A stretch of DNA of 64,000 nucleotides, taken from NCBI GenBank assembly GCA_965223665.1, contig OZ245011.1:2432001-2496000 (forward strand). The letters run 5' to 3'. Numbering within the stretch: position 1 is the stretch's first letter; each line of letters opens with the position of its first letter. The translations under genes were made by a program, and so were the position numbers. The notes under the pieces are model-generated. The model ran no database searches. It saw only the letters and a list, made by a program, of their open reading frames with translations, and was not told the DNA's origin. Below are positions 1 through 10,859 of the stretch, piece after piece. The DNA is from Nitrospinaceae bacterium. GTDB taxonomy: Bacteria > Nitrospinota > Nitrospinia > Nitrospinales > Nitrospinaceae.

Positions 1-209
1 GAAACTTTTTTGAATTTCAAAATTCATCGTTCAATAAAACATATAGTAACTAGTTGATTTAATTAATAAAAGTAAATTTTTTCCACTTTCTTTATAATGA
101 AACCTTTTTTATTTTTCAGCATCACAATTAAGCTCCCTGAATTCAAAATTTGGGCTGAGTTTAAAGGTGAACCAATTTTTTCAAAACCTTTAATAAACAG
201 GCCCTAATA

Positions 210-830
210 ATGAGTTCGCAGGCAGAAAAAGAGCAGGACGATATACTTGTTCGTGATATGAAAGCCGGAAAAATGGAGGCTTTTGATAAAATTGTTGAAC
301 TTTACCAACGCAAAATATACGCGTTGGCCTTTAACATGACACGGAACCAAATGGATGCTCAAGATGTAGCCCAAGACGTTTTGTTGAGTATTTATAAGAA
401 AATTCATACTTTCCAAGGAAAATCAGCCTTTTCAAGTTGGGTTTATCGCATTACTCTAAATGCAACATATATGAAATTAAGAAACAAAAAAAAGGAACAG
501 CATATTTCTTTAGATGAAATGCTTCCATCTTTTAATAATAGCGGGTATCAAGTAGAAAAGATTACCGATTGGTCTGAAAACACAGAGTCTCTTTTATTTA
601 CAAACGAGATGAAAAGTAATATTGGTAAAGCCGTGGATCAATTACCCGAAAAGGAAAAAGTAGTTTTTATTTTGCGGGATGTTGAAGGGTTATCAACAGA
701 AAAAGTCAGCGAGATATTAGACTTAACCATTCCGGCTGTGAAATCTAGATTACACCGTGCAAGATTATTTTTGAGAAAAAAGCTTTCAAATTATTTTGAT
801 GAGTATTCTGTCCAAGGAGGAAAGCAATGA
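210..830 (+). CDS. ECF-family RNA polymerase sigma-70 factor (RpoE/SigW-like)
   Basis: 206 aa; region 2 (DAQDVAQDVLL...FSSWVYRI) and region 4 (LPEKEKVVFILRDVEGLS...IPAVKSRLHRAR); stop overlaps start of the next gene (ATGA). Confidence 0.93.
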   Translation: MSSQAEKEQDDILVRDMKAGKMEAFDKIVELYQRKIYALAFNMTRNQMDAQDVAQDVLLSIYKKIHTFQGKSAFSSWVYRITLNATYMKLRNKKKEQHISLDEMLPSFNNSGYQVEKITDWSENTESLLFTNEMKSNIGKAVDQLPEKEKVVFILRDVEGLSTEKVSEILDLTIPAVKSRLHRARLFLRKKLSNYFDEYSVQGGKQ

Positions 831-1069
831 TCTGTTGTAAAGAATGTTTAGATTTATTGTTCGATTACCTTGAAGGTAACCTGGACGATGAAACCTCTTC
901 TTCTTTAGATGAGCACCTCCAAGATTGTCCTCCTTGCATTAACTTTTTAAGGACGTACAAGAAAACTACTGTGATTTGTAGAGAATCCTTAGGTAAAAAC
1001 GATATACCTGATGTTGTTCAAATGAAGTTGAAAGAATTTTTAGACAAAAACATCCAAAAAAGCGGATAA
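827..1069 (+). CDS. Zinc-binding anti-sigma factor (zf-HC2/ZAS), soluble
   Basis: C...HLQDCPPC (HxxxCxxC); translationally coupled to the ECF sigma; no TM segment. Confidence 0.88.
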   Translation: MICCKECLDLLFDYLEGNLDDETSSSLDEHLQDCPPCINFLRTYKKTTVICRESLGKNDIPDVVQMKLKEFLDKNIQKSG

Positions 1070-1229
1070 ACCCTAACTTTTATCAAACCTTCCTTTACCT
1101 GACGAAAAGATAAGTTTGACAAACATTTTAATTACTGATTAACTATATAAATCAATAGGTTTATATTTTGGGCGGAATTTTTTAATCCTTTATCCCAATC
1201 CATCATTTTTTCTTGCTTAGGAATTCCAA

Positions 1230-1718
1230 ATGGTTGAAATGAAAGTCGAAGGATTGACCTTGGACCCTCTTACAAATATGCCAATTATTATTTTAAAGGA
1301 TTTAGCTGGCAATAGGGCTTTGCCAATTTGGGTCGGTTTTTTCGAAGCAAATGCCATTGCTTTAGAAATTGAAAAAATCACAACCCCTCGACCTATGACT
1401 CACGACCTAATGAAAAATGTAATTAATGACCTAAATGGAGAAATTAAACACATTTTAGTTAGCGAATTGCGTGATAATACTTTTTACGCTGTTATTTCTG
1501 TAACCAATGGAGGAAACACCTTAAGTATAGACTCCCGTCCCAGCGATGCCATTGCATTAGCTTTAAGAGTCAAGGCCCCAATTTTTGTAAATGAAGAAGT
1601 TATTGAAGCTGCAAAAAGCTTAGATATTCCTGAATCAGCCAAAAATGTTTCAGAAGAAAAAGATCAGTGGAAAAAGTGGCTGGATAACATTAAACCTCAG
1701 GATTTTGGAAACCTTTAG
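1230..1718 (+). CDS. Bifunctional nuclease family protein (DUF151)
   Basis: LPIWVGFFEANAI, PRPMTHDL and IDSRPSDAIALALR motifs. Confidence 0.9.
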   Translation: MVEMKVEGLTLDPLTNMPIIILKDLAGNRALPIWVGFFEANAIALEIEKITTPRPMTHDLMKNVINDLNGEIKHILVSELRDNTFYAVISVTNGGNTLSIDSRPSDAIALALRVKAPIFVNEEVIEAAKSLDIPESAKNVSEEKDQWKKWLDNIKPQDFGNL

Positions 1719-1917
1719 CTTTCCTGTTAAGACCTATCCTTTTTTCAAACCCTAAGTAAATCTGCTATAACATACCTAGTCGTTAAATTTATTTAGATTA
1801 TGTTAGGTTTAATCTGGTAATTTGACGTCGAAATCTAATAGAATTCCTATTGCCAAATTGTTTTTGGTTTTTCAAACAAGCATGTGATTTTTTAATTAGC
1901 TTGATATTTAATTTCTT

Positions 1918-2817
1918 ATGGAAGATAAATCTTTGGGATCTATAAAAAACATTGGAATATTCTGTAAACAAAAGCCCCGCATCAGTAATGAGGTCTTGGA
2001 GGAACTCACTCAATGGCTTCGAAAAAAAGGGCTTAAGGTTTTTATGGCCGATGAAACTGCCGCCATTATTGGGGAAACCTCTTCTCTGAGTTCCAAGGAA
2101 ATCCCACCAAAGGTCGATCTGATTATCGTACTAGGAGGGGATGGTACGCTGTTAAGTGTGGCAAGATTATCCCATCTTTATAAGGTTCCTCTTTTAGCTG
2201 TAAACTTAGGGAGCCTGGGGTTTTTAACAGAGGTATCACTTTCAGAAATGTATCAAACACTCGAAAGAATATTAAATGGGGAATCTACCATTGAAAATAG
2301 GATGCTATTAAAAGGTTCTCTTAGCAAAAATGGAGACCTCACTCGGGAAGACTTTGCACTCAACGATGTTGTAATTAATAAAAGTGCAGCACGAATTGTA
2401 AACCTAGAAGTATTAGTAAATTACCAATACATGACCTCCTATCGGGCAGATGGATTAATTATCGCAACCCCAACGGGTTCTACCGCTTATTCTTTATCGG
2501 CAGGGGGTCCCATTATGCACCCAAGAATGCATGCTTTGTTGTTATGCCCCATTTGCCCCTTTGCTTTGACAAACCGACCTATAGTGATCCCCGATGATTC
2601 TACTATTCAAATAAAAATTACCACTGAAGAAGAAGTCCAGGTAACACTTGATGGTCAAGTAGGATATAAGATGTATAACAACGATATTTTAGAGGTCAAA
2701 AAAAGCCCCAATCCTATTAGTTTAATTTTAGCGCCCGGAAAAAATTATTACGAAATCCTCAGAAAAAAACTGCATTGGGGAAGATTCGCAGATGAACAAA
2801 AAAATAAAAAAAACTGA
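1918..2817 (+). CDS. nadK: NAD(+) kinase
   Basis: LGGDGT, NDVV and ADGLIIATPTGSTAYSLSAGGP motifs. Confidence 0.95.
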   Translation: MEDKSLGSIKNIGIFCKQKPRISNEVLEELTQWLRKKGLKVFMADETAAIIGETSSLSSKEIPPKVDLIIVLGGDGTLLSVARLSHLYKVPLLAVNLGSLGFLTEVSLSEMYQTLERILNGESTIENRMLLKGSLSKNGDLTREDFALNDVVINKSAARIVNLEVLVNYQYMTSYRADGLIIATPTGSTAYSLSAGGPIMHPRMHALLLCPICPFALTNRPIVIPDDSTIQIKITTEEEVQVTLDGQVGYKMYNNDILEVKKSPNPISLILAPGKNYYEILRKKLHWGRFADEQKNKKN

Positions 2818-3778
2818 TTCTTCTTCCAAAAATAAATCATTTCAAATCTCTCCCCCAAAACCAAACCAAAGTATTATTGTTTGCGGAAAACCTTTTTCAA
2901 TAAATGCATCGGTAGTTCTTTGGAACCAAAAGGGAGGACTCAAATGTCCCAATAAACGAGGTCGGTCTACCTGCAATCAACATCATAACTCTCTCAATGA
3001 TGCACCCACTCAAACCGAAAATAATTATAAAATTTTAAATACAGAAAAGGCTTTTCAAGAATTAAACAAGGCCGTTTATCAACTGATACTACATTATGAT
3101 GTTTGTTTCAGTTCTCACCATTGTCATCAGATATTAAAAAACAGCTCTTTTAAAGGTAGTCATTTTTATCTCGATTTAGACGGAACTATTTTTCAAACTT
3201 GTGATCTTTATTGGAAAACTAATACTGCTCCAGCAGATGATCGCATAGGAAATGAAAGGGCAATTCATATCGAAATTGCGAATTTATCGTGGCAAGCTCT
3301 TTCTGAAGAGTCGGATCTTCATCACTTAAAAAAAAATGCATACATCAAAACCAAGCAAGGATGGAAACTATTATTACCTGAGGTTTGGAAGAAGAAACTA
3401 AGGACAAAAAACTTTCAACCTATTACCGCACGAAGCTACGGTTCCAGGGGATATTTTAGTCGCCGCATAAATGGAAAAATTGTAAGAATGTGGGATTTTA
3501 CAGAAGAACAATATCAAGCGCTCATTCAATTAGCTATTGGAGTCAATAAAGCTCTTCCAAATATTTCTTTAAAAGTACCCTTCGACAAAAGTAAAAGAAG
3601 GACACCTCTGGACAAAATCAAAAATTTTTCTTCATTTAGAGGAATTTTAGGGCACTCTCATGTTCAGGCTGGGAGTCCCCAAGGAATCAGAAAAAAGTAT
3701 GACCCGGGATCTTCCTTTAATTGGGGAAGATTAAGAAGAGCTTTTAAAAAACATCATTCTTCCAATAATTCAAAATAA
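2792..3778 (+). CDS. N-acetylmuramoyl-L-alanine amidase (Amidase_2-like)
   Basis: LILHYD, SHFYLDLDGTIFQ, IHIEIAN, FTEEQY, ILGHSH and KYDPG supply putative His/His/Asp Zn ligands. Confidence 0.75.
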   Translation: MNKKIKKTDSSSKNKSFQISPPKPNQSIIVCGKPFSINASVVLWNQKGGLKCPNKRGRSTCNQHHNSLNDAPTQTENNYKILNTEKAFQELNKAVYQLILHYDVCFSSHHCHQILKNSSFKGSHFYLDLDGTIFQTCDLYWKTNTAPADDRIGNERAIHIEIANLSWQALSEESDLHHLKKNAYIKTKQGWKLLLPEVWKKKLRTKNFQPITARSYGSRGYFSRRINGKIVRMWDFTEEQYQALIQLAIGVNKALPNISLKVPFDKSKRRTPLDKIKNFSSFRGILGHSHVQAGSPQGIRKKYDPGSSFNWGRLRRAFKKHHSSNNSK

Positions 3779-3931
3779 AGTTCTTTTTTATTTTATTAAC
3801 CATTTTCCAGTTCAATTTTTGTTTGGTGTTTTATTAAAAGGTTTTGTTAAAATAAAGAAGTTGACCAAATCCTACATTTAAGGTTAGTTTGTAAAAACTC
3901 TTCCTTTTTAATTAATCACTAAGGACCCCAA

Positions 3932-4432
3932 ATGAAGAGGCGTTTTTTTTCTTTTTTCCTTGTTTTTTTGTTTTTTACCATTCCCAGTTTTTCCAGTGCT
4001 GAAACTTGGTATGTAAAATCTTCTAAAACAAAAGTGACGCAAAAACCCTCACCCCGTTCCAAAAAAGTGGCTGTTTTAACCGCAGGAACTCCCGTAAAAA
4101 TATTAAAAAAAGATAAACGGTTTTTTAAAATTTCTACAAAGGGGAAAAGCGGATGGGTGTTTAAATTTAAACTTACCAATAAAAAGCCTTCTGGATCAAA
4201 GCGAGGAGGCGGATTAGATGGATTATTGGGAAATCAAAAAATGGCCGCAGCGGAATCTTCATCCGGTTCCAGTATTCGAGGACTTAGCCCCATATCCGAA
4301 AAACATGCCAAAGCCCATGGAGTTTCTGAAGAAAATATTAAGGCTGTCCAACAAATGGAGGAATATTCTATTTCTGCAAACGAATTAGACCAGTTTCTCT
4401 CTGAAGGAAAATTAAGGGAGTACGCAGAGTGA
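3932..4432 (+). CDS. Secreted SH3b-domain protein
   Basis: Signal peptide (..SSA/ET); SH3b-like pattern (PSPRSKKVAVLTAGTPVKIL...GKSGWV); C-terminal SIRGL motif. Confidence 0.7.
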   Translation: MKRRFFSFFLVFLFFTIPSFSSAETWYVKSSKTKVTQKPSPRSKKVAVLTAGTPVKILKKDKRFFKISTKGKSGWVFKFKLTNKKPSGSKRGGGLDGLLGNQKMAAAESSSGSSIRGLSPISEKHAKAHGVSEENIKAVQQMEEYSISANELDQFLSEGKLREYAE

Positions 4433-5502
4433 AAAAATTCAAAACTTTAAGTTTATTTCTAGTATTAATATGTTTTTTATGGACGTTCAGTTGGGCCAAT
4501 GATTTAGAAAATTTTTTTAAGGAATTACAAAAACCACAGCAGCCTGCTTCTCAAAAACATAAGGAAGAAAAACCAGCTCCTTCTACACAAAAAAAATCTA
4601 CCAAACCCGTTTCAAAGACCCCACCACCGACTACTCCCAAAAAAGAATCTCCTTTGGCTACTCCTATAACTCCCTCTAATGAACCAGAGGAAGGGCAAAA
4701 AGGATTACTGGGTATTCTGGAGAAAAAAGGAGTATTAGATAAAAAAACCTCTCGGATTATTCGTGGTGCAGGACAAGTTGTTCAATCCATGCAACCCATT
4801 GGGTACCAGGAGGAACGTGCAATTGGGGGCTCCCTGGCATTAGAGGTCCTCAATCGTTTTGGAGGAGCCTATCCTAATCCAAGACTACAAAAATACATTT
4901 CTTTAGTTGGTCAATCTGTAGTTTCGGTTTCTGATCGGGCTGATATTCCTTATCACTTTGCTGTAATCAACTCCGAGGTTCCAAATGCCTTTGCCACACC
5001 AGGTGGATATGTATTCGTTAGTGTGGGATTACTAAAGTTGTTAAGAAATGAAGCAGAGCTTGCAGGAGTTTTAGGCCATGAAGTTGCGCATATTACTCAC
5101 CGTCATGCGCTACAAACTTTGGAGCGAAGTAAAAAGCTAAAGGGTGTTTCTTCTCTAACTACCGCTGTAATGAATAAAGATCCCGCATTATTTGACAATA
5201 TAATTAATCAAGTTACAGAAGTATTATTCACCAAAGGACTCGACAAAGAACTTGAGTTTGAAGCTGATAAAGTAGGTATGGAATATGCTTATCGAGTGGG
5301 TTACCGGCCAAATGGATTAAGAGAATTCCTAAAAGTATTGCACCACAATACAAAACACGATTCCATTTTTTTTAGTACCCATCCTAGTCCGAGAGAAAGA
5401 TACAATAGGATGACTCCTCATATTGAACAATTAGATGACGCTAAATTTGCACCCCAATTAGCCAATCGCTTCACACTTTGGACCAAGGGGCAATTCCGAT
5501 GA
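4429..5502 (+). CDS. M48-family zinc metallopeptidase (secreted)
   Basis: PNAFATPGG, GHEVAH (HExxH), EFEAD and FFSTHP motifs; GTG start overlapping the upstream stop; Pro/Lys/Thr-rich linker. Confidence 0.9.
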   Translation: MKKFKTLSLFLVLICFLWTFSWANDLENFFKELQKPQQPASQKHKEEKPAPSTQKKSTKPVSKTPPPTTPKKESPLATPITPSNEPEEGQKGLLGILEKKGVLDKKTSRIIRGAGQVVQSMQPIGYQEERAIGGSLALEVLNRFGGAYPNPRLQKYISLVGQSVVSVSDRADIPYHFAVINSEVPNAFATPGGYVFVSVGLLKLLRNEAELAGVLGHEVAHITHRHALQTLERSKKLKGVSSLTTAVMNKDPALFDNIINQVTEVLFTKGLDKELEFEADKVGMEYAYRVGYRPNGLREFLKVLHHNTKHDSIFFSTHPSPRERYNRMTPHIEQLDDAKFAPQLANRFTLWTKGQFR

Positions 5503-5975
5503 AAACAGGATTATTTAGGGAAGAACTACCTGGCGAGAAAAAAAGTATTATTAACTTACTTTTGACCGGTTATCTGGTGGTAATATCGATATTGGGTTAT
5601 TTTGCTTTTTATCTTTCCATTCAGTTAAAACAAATGGAACGAGTTTTAGAAGCTGTAAAACCCGAAACTCTCAACGCAGATCAAATAAATGTACTTGTAG
5701 AAAGATTGCTATTATCTACTGGTAGAATGCATGATGAAATTATTTGGCTGGCCATATTGGGGAGCATTTTTACAATTATTGGGGGAATTTATACTTATAA
5801 CATGGTGGTTCGACCATTAAGAAAATTAGTGGCCTATGCAGAAAAGGAAAAAAACGAATTACCAGAAATAAAAACCAATAACGAAATAAAACAACTCATG
5901 ACCGTTATGACAGAAAGAATGCCCTTCAATGGGGATACATCTGTAACCCCTAAAACTACCCCACCCAAAAATTAA
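5499..5975 (+). CDS. Two-TM membrane protein with HAMP-like stub and no output domain
   Basis: ATG at 5499 overlaps the M48 stop (ATGA); two hydrophobic segments followed by VVRPLRKL...NEIKQL. Confidence 0.55.
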   Translation: MKTGLFREELPGEKKSIINLLLTGYLVVISILGYFAFYLSIQLKQMERVLEAVKPETLNADQINVLVERLLLSTGRMHDEIIWLAILGSIFTIIGGIYTYNMVVRPLRKLVAYAEKEKNELPEIKTNNEIKQLMTVMTERMPFNGDTSVTPKTTPPKN

Positions 5976-5990
5976 TTCCTTATTTATTTC

Positions 5991-6776
5991 CTACAGTCCA
6001 TTAAAATCTTCGGTCATTCGCTCTAGTTTACTTGGGTAAGTAAATAATTCACTATCCTTTAAACCGATTTCATTTAGCAAACGAATGAAATAATAGTAAT
6101 TCATACCACGTTTTAAAGAAGATAATGCCTTTTCAACATACTTTTCTTCTAAACCAATAGGAACCAATCCTTCACAATACTCAGCAGGGGTGTATTGTAA
6201 AAACTTTCGATTCATAGAAACTATTTCCTGGCTTGAGAAAGACTTGACCTGCATTTTTCTCCTATCATCTTTTATTTCCAATTCAATGAAGTGTATGCAC
6301 TTTTCTCTAAGGATCAAACCCCTTTGCCAAGGTGCTAATTGATCCCATGATCCTCTTATTTGGTCCGGGATGATTTGTTGAGATTTATAAATTTTTTCCA
6401 ATTCTTCATCATAACGTTCGGCACGTACTTTTTGGAGTACTTTTCCTAATTCCATCTTTTCTTGGGAAAATTGTTTTCTAAATTCTGCGTCACTAACCCA
6501 TTTTTTTTTCCAACGGCGGTACCGATTCATATACGCTTGTTCGAGGCTTAAATCTTTTAGCACCATGAATTTATGGTAAGCCTTGATTAAATGAAAACGA
6601 TAACCCTCCTCTAAAATTGAATTAAATTCATAAGAGTCCTTTCTTTGCATTTCCATTAAAATATCCCAGTTCCATGCAATGCTTGCTCCAGTTCCAATAA
6701 GTAATAAAAAAAATAACTGAAATATTTTTTTAAAAACTTTTTTAATCGTATCCATTTGGATTTTGGGAATTGGCAT
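5991..6776 (-). CDS. Hypothetical protein with N-terminal membrane anchor
   Basis: 261-aa ORF with an N-terminal hydrophobic stretch; no motif recognised. Confidence 0.6.
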   Translation of the reverse strand: MPIPKIQMDTIKKVFKKIFQLFFLLLIGTGASIAWNWDILMEMQRKDSYEFNSILEEGYRFHLIKAYHKFMVLKDLSLEQAYMNRYRRWKKKWVSDAEFRKQFSQEKMELGKVLQKVRAERYDEELEKIYKSQQIIPDQIRGSWDQLAPWQRGLILREKCIHFIELEIKDDRRKMQVKSFSSQEIVSMNRKFLQYTPAEYCEGLVPIGLEEKYVEKALSSLKRGMNYYYFIRLLNEIGLKDSELFTYPSKLERMTEDFNGL

Positions 6777-6949
6777 TTCAACTCAGAATAATATAGAAAC
6801 AGAAACGTCCCTCAAGGACTATTAATAAAAACCAATTACTTTTACTTGTCGGTAGAAAAATGTATTGGGTTAATGGAATAATGTGTTTAAAACTAGGATA
6901 GGATAAAAAATAAAGGCAGGAAATATTTTTAGTCGAAAGATGTGCATTT

Positions 6950-8506
6950 TTAATGCTTGAAATGACGAATACCGGTAAAAATCATTGATATTCCATGTTC
7001 ATCCGCTGCTTGAATTACCTCTTTATCTCTGATGGAACCCCCGGGTTGAATTATTGCTGTGATCCCATTTTCAGCCGCTGTGTCAATGGCATCTCTAAAC
7101 GGAAAGAAAGCATCTGAAGCCATAACACATCCCTGAACAGGTTTATTGGCTTTTTGGACTGCTAACCTTGCTGAATCCACTCGACTCATTTGGCCTGCAC
7201 CGACCCCAACCGTTTCAAAATTATTTGCATATACAATCGCATTAGACTTCACATGTTTTGCAACTATCCAAGCAAACTTTAAGGACTCTATAGTCTCTGC
7301 ATCGGGTTGTTTATGTGAAACGACTTTTAACTGATCCGAGTCAAATGTAATCTCATCAGAGTTCTGAACCAGCAATCCTCCTCCAATACGCTTTAAATCT
7401 AGTCGGGATGTTTTTTCTTTTACACCCTCTTCAGGCATTTCCATGACTCGAATATTTTTCTTCTTTGAAAACAAGTTCAAAGCCTCAGGTTCATAACCCG
7501 GTGCAATAACTACTTCTACGAAATTTTTTAAAATTTCTTCAGCAGTTTTAGCGTTTACCCTTTGATTGAATCCTATGATTCCACCAAAAGCAGAAGTAGG
7601 ATCTGTTTCCCTTGCCTGAATAAACGCCTCCGTTTGGTCTTTACCAATTGCTACGCCACAAGGATTTGTATGCTTTATCACGATTGCTGAAGGCAATTCA
7701 AATTCTATGGCCAATTCCCATGCGGCCTCCATGTCGATATAATTATTAAAAGATAATTCTTTCCCCTGCAACTGCTTTGCCTGGACCACATCTCTTTTTC
7801 CAGGTTGGATTTCACCATACAGGGCAGCTCCCTGATGCGGATTTTCTCCGTAACGCAATTCCTGAATCTTTCGATACGACTTTTGAAACAAATTAGGAAA
7901 CTCACCACATTCACCCACCTGATTTGTTAAGTAATTAGAGATCATACCGTCATATCGTGAAGTCATTAAAAAAGCATCTCGACTAAGTCTTTGTCGAGTA
8001 TTTAAAGTAATTCCTCCTTCGTTATCATCCATTTCCTCAAGCACCAAATCATAATCGATTGGATTCACAACTACGGTGACGTCATTATAATTTTTAGATG
8101 CAGACCGGACCATAGCCGGACCTCCAATATCAATATTTTCGATGGCATCTTCTAGGGAACAATTCTCCTTGGAAATAGTCTCCTCAAAGGGGTAAAGATT
8201 TATTACCACCATATCAATGGGCGAAATCCCATGTTGCTCCATTGATTTCATATGAGACGCATCATCCCTTTTTCCTAGAATTCCTCCATGAACCTTCGGA
8301 TGTAGAGTTTTTATACGACCATCCATCATTTCTGGGAATCCCGTGTAATCCGAAATTAGAGTAACTGGAATTTGTTGTGACTTTAGTAATTTTGCTGTTC
8401 CGCCTGTAGACAATATCTCTACTCCTCGACTATGCAGACTTTTAGCAAACTCCACAATATTAGATTTATCGGACACGCTAATCAGTGCCCTTTTGATAGG
8501 TTTCAT
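6950..8506 (-). CDS. purH: Bifunctional AICAR transformylase/IMP cyclohydrolase
   Basis: [35 protein letters not shown] and ASDAFFPF motifs. Confidence 0.98.
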   Translation of the reverse strand: MKPIKRALISVSDKSNIVEFAKSLHSRGVEILSTGGTAKLLKSQQIPVTLISDYTGFPEMMDGRIKTLHPKVHGGILGKRDDASHMKSMEQHGISPIDMVVINLYPFEETISKENCSLEDAIENIDIGGPAMVRSASKNYNDVTVVVNPIDYDLVLEEMDDNEGGITLNTRQRLSRDAFLMTSRYDGMISNYLTNQVGECGEFPNLFQKSYRKIQELRYGENPHQGAALYGEIQPGKRDVVQAKQLQGKELSFNNYIDMEAAWELAIEFELPSAIVIKHTNPCGVAIGKDQTEAFIQARETDPTSAFGGIIGFNQRVNAKTAEEILKNFVEVVIAPGYEPEALNLFSKKKNIRVMEMPEEGVKEKTSRLDLKRIGGGLLVQNSDEITFDSDQLKVVSHKQPDAETIESLKFAWIVAKHVKSNAIVYANNFETVGVGAGQMSRVDSARLAVQKANKPVQGCVMASDAFFPFRDAIDTAAENGITAIIQPGGSIRDKEVIQAADEHGISMIFTGIRHFKH

Positions 8507-8512
8507 TTAATT

Positions 8513-8692
8513 TTAAATTCGGTAGTTTTTCTTTTTGGGCGGGTCTTTGCTTATTAGAAATCCAGGGGTGATCATTTGGATAATTTTTAATAACCACACC
8601 GGAAAAGAACCAATGGTCTGTAATAAACCAGGTTGTTCTGCCTGACTTTGAGATTTGGTTTTTGCTGCGTCGTGTTTTGGATTTTCTTCCAT
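8513..8692 (-). CDS. Unannotated 59-aa small protein upstream of purH
   Basis: Translated by hand: MEENPKHDAAKTKSQSQAEQPGLLQTIGSFPVWLLKIIQMITPGFLISKDPPKKKNYRI*; ends 6 nt before the purH ATG; not in the supplied ORF track (shortest entries 60 aa). Confidence 0.55.
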   Translation of the reverse strand: MEENPKHDAAKTKSQSQAEQPGLLQTIGSFPVWLLKIIQMITPGFLISKDPPKKKNYRI

Positions 8693-8839
8693 ATCAATTC
8701 ACACCCAAGGACAACCAAGAAAAAATATTCACGGTTTAAGGAGGTGGAATATTACTATTTTTGCCGAATTTTGGAAAGCAAAAAAATAAGGGGTCAAAGT
8801 ATTAAAGGACCCCAGCAAAATAGAAATGGCATAGCCCTT

Positions 8840-10639
8840 TTATTTCAATAACAAACCACGAGTAAACTGCCAGTCAATTTTAGAATTAAAATCCAAACGT
8901 CCAAAGTGTACTTGTAAATTTTGAATACTTTGATTGGCTAATTGGTTTAAATGTCCCAGATCCGAATCAGTCCATGCCAAGGAGGTTGTTAATAATTTTT
9001 CACAAAATTTCTCTACTATCCCTGAATCAACAATACGGATATCCTGTTTATCCCAATTATGTTGGAAAATGGCTTGCAAAAAAGCTCGACCTCCTTCTTC
9101 GAGAATAGGCTCGCATGAAATTTCATTTAACAATGTAAACCGCGCTAAGGCAGTAGTGAAAAAATGAATCATATCAAAATCATCTTTGGAAGTTGGAAAC
9201 TTTACCTCTTTCACAAAACCATCTATTTTTTCCAAAGACAAATCGAAGCTCTGACGGGCAAACCTTATATAAAATCTTGACTGAAAAATAAAATTTTCTA
9301 ATATTTGAATATCATTAATGGATTCCAGGTTTCTCCAACTTACTTCGGTTGCATCCTCCTCATTTGAAAAGGTAACTGCCATCTTAGGGAACCGACCCAC
9401 TAATGCTGCTAAATGCTCCATAGCCCAAGCAGGAAGTACATATTCCAATAGCTGGCCATTTTCGCGAATTAGTTTTTCTCCTTCCCATTTAAGTCTCATA
9501 ATTCCTGTATGGCCCATTTGAAATAAAGACTGCATCCAGGTTTGTGTAAGTAATTTATGTCCTTTTTCCACGTCTCCACCTGCTCCCAATTCCAAACCGA
9601 TGTTTATATAACCCAAAACTTTTCGCATTGTATTATGTCGGTTTTCTAGAACAGATAAGTCCAATCTGTCGGCTACCATGACTTTATTTGACAAATAAAC
9701 CAACTCCCAACAAATAGCATCTAATCGTTGAATGCCATTCAATTTATTTAAACATTGGCCAAAAAAAGATGAGGAATTTATATCTTCAAAAGGATAACTA
9801 GGTGGAACTAAACAATTGGAATGTAGAGCAATAAAATCTTCGTTTTTTGGAACCTCTACTTTAAAAGCCTCGGGTTTAAGTAAACTGTAAACTTCCATAG
9901 CTTCATCATAAGAAGGTATTCCTTTTTCCTCAGTTCTAGAGAGCAACCAGCGATATGCCGTCTCTACGGTTGGGGTTACCTGATACCATATAACTGCATC
10001 CATCAAAGCAAAAAATAATTTTGGTGTTTCTGAAAAAAGTATTTTAAACACCTTTTTGAGGATAGGCTCCACATCTTCAACTTTAAAAAATATTTGATGC
10101 ACTCCATCAGGAGAGAAGTGAGATTGTTTTTCATATTCTGAAGTAAGGTCAGGCTCATCATCCAATTTTTTTACAATTATCAGAGCTTGCAACAACATAA
10201 CTTTCTGGTCAAAATCTTCCGTCAAAAACCACTTAAATATACTTTGATCATTGGCTTGATTCATTAGATCAAGCCAATGAATCGCATTTTTTGGATTGAA
10301 TTTGTCTGCATTCCACCACTCTAAATCAAATATATACTGGAGTTGAGTTTGGGTAATCACTGCCAATACTGGGATAGAGTCTTCCTCACCTACGTCCTTA
10401 ATCATTTGGTAAACTTCTTCCTCTGGTAAGGAACGGGCCAATTGAATTGCTTGGGGAGACAGCACTAACAAAGCCATTTTGAAACGCCCTGAAACTAGCT
10501 GAAGACACCTTGCTTGTTCCTCCAAAGTCATTTCAGAAAGAATAGACTCAATTTTTCTCGGATCACTTTTGATCCAATCAAGTGGAAAAGGAAGTGCCTC
10601 TTGATTTAAGGGGTTTAAACTATTGCCATTTTCTTCCAT
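8840..10639 (-). CDS. Conserved hypothetical protein, DUF6178-like
   Basis: 599 aa; LPEEEVYQMIKDVG, QLQYIFDLEWW, AYRW...GIPSYDEA and NIGLE pattern, recalled as DUF6178. Confidence 0.65.
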   Translation of the reverse strand: MEENGNSLNPLNQEALPFPLDWIKSDPRKIESILSEMTLEEQARCLQLVSGRFKMALLVLSPQAIQLARSLPEEEVYQMIKDVGEEDSIPVLAVITQTQLQYIFDLEWWNADKFNPKNAIHWLDLMNQANDQSIFKWFLTEDFDQKVMLLQALIIVKKLDDEPDLTSEYEKQSHFSPDGVHQIFFKVEDVEPILKKVFKILFSETPKLFFALMDAVIWYQVTPTVETAYRWLLSRTEEKGIPSYDEAMEVYSLLKPEAFKVEVPKNEDFIALHSNCLVPPSYPFEDINSSSFFGQCLNKLNGIQRLDAICWELVYLSNKVMVADRLDLSVLENRHNTMRKVLGYINIGLELGAGGDVEKGHKLLTQTWMQSLFQMGHTGIMRLKWEGEKLIRENGQLLEYVLPAWAMEHLAALVGRFPKMAVTFSNEEDATEVSWRNLESINDIQILENFIFQSRFYIRFARQSFDLSLEKIDGFVKEVKFPTSKDDFDMIHFFTTALARFTLLNEISCEPILEEGGRAFLQAIFQHNWDKQDIRIVDSGIVEKFCEKLLTTSLAWTDSDLGHLNQLANQSIQNLQVHFGRLDFNSKIDWQFTRGLLLK

Positions 10640-10859
10640 ATATTTATTGAGTAACTAAGAAATGATTTGAACAAAATTTTTTAAAATTAATTGATTTCAC
10701 TTATCTTAACTCTGTTTGCCCATAATTATTGAGAAAATTGAATAAATTATCATAGTTGGCCGTTGAATGAGCGACCCGTATACTTTTAAAATTTTTAAAT
10801 ATACTATAAAATTCTATTGAACCTATACAATATCCCAAAAATTTAAGGTAATAAAACAA

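Noticed and set aside
48-60. IHF-like WATCAANNNNTTR matches (also about 47901-47913)
   Set aside because: Degenerate AT-rich motif expected by chance in this composition
8633-8851. 72-aa plus-strand ORF and the perfect SD TAAGGAGGTG at 8737-8746
   Set aside because: No start codon at a suitable spacing after the SD; the ORF runs against the surrounding minus-strand genes
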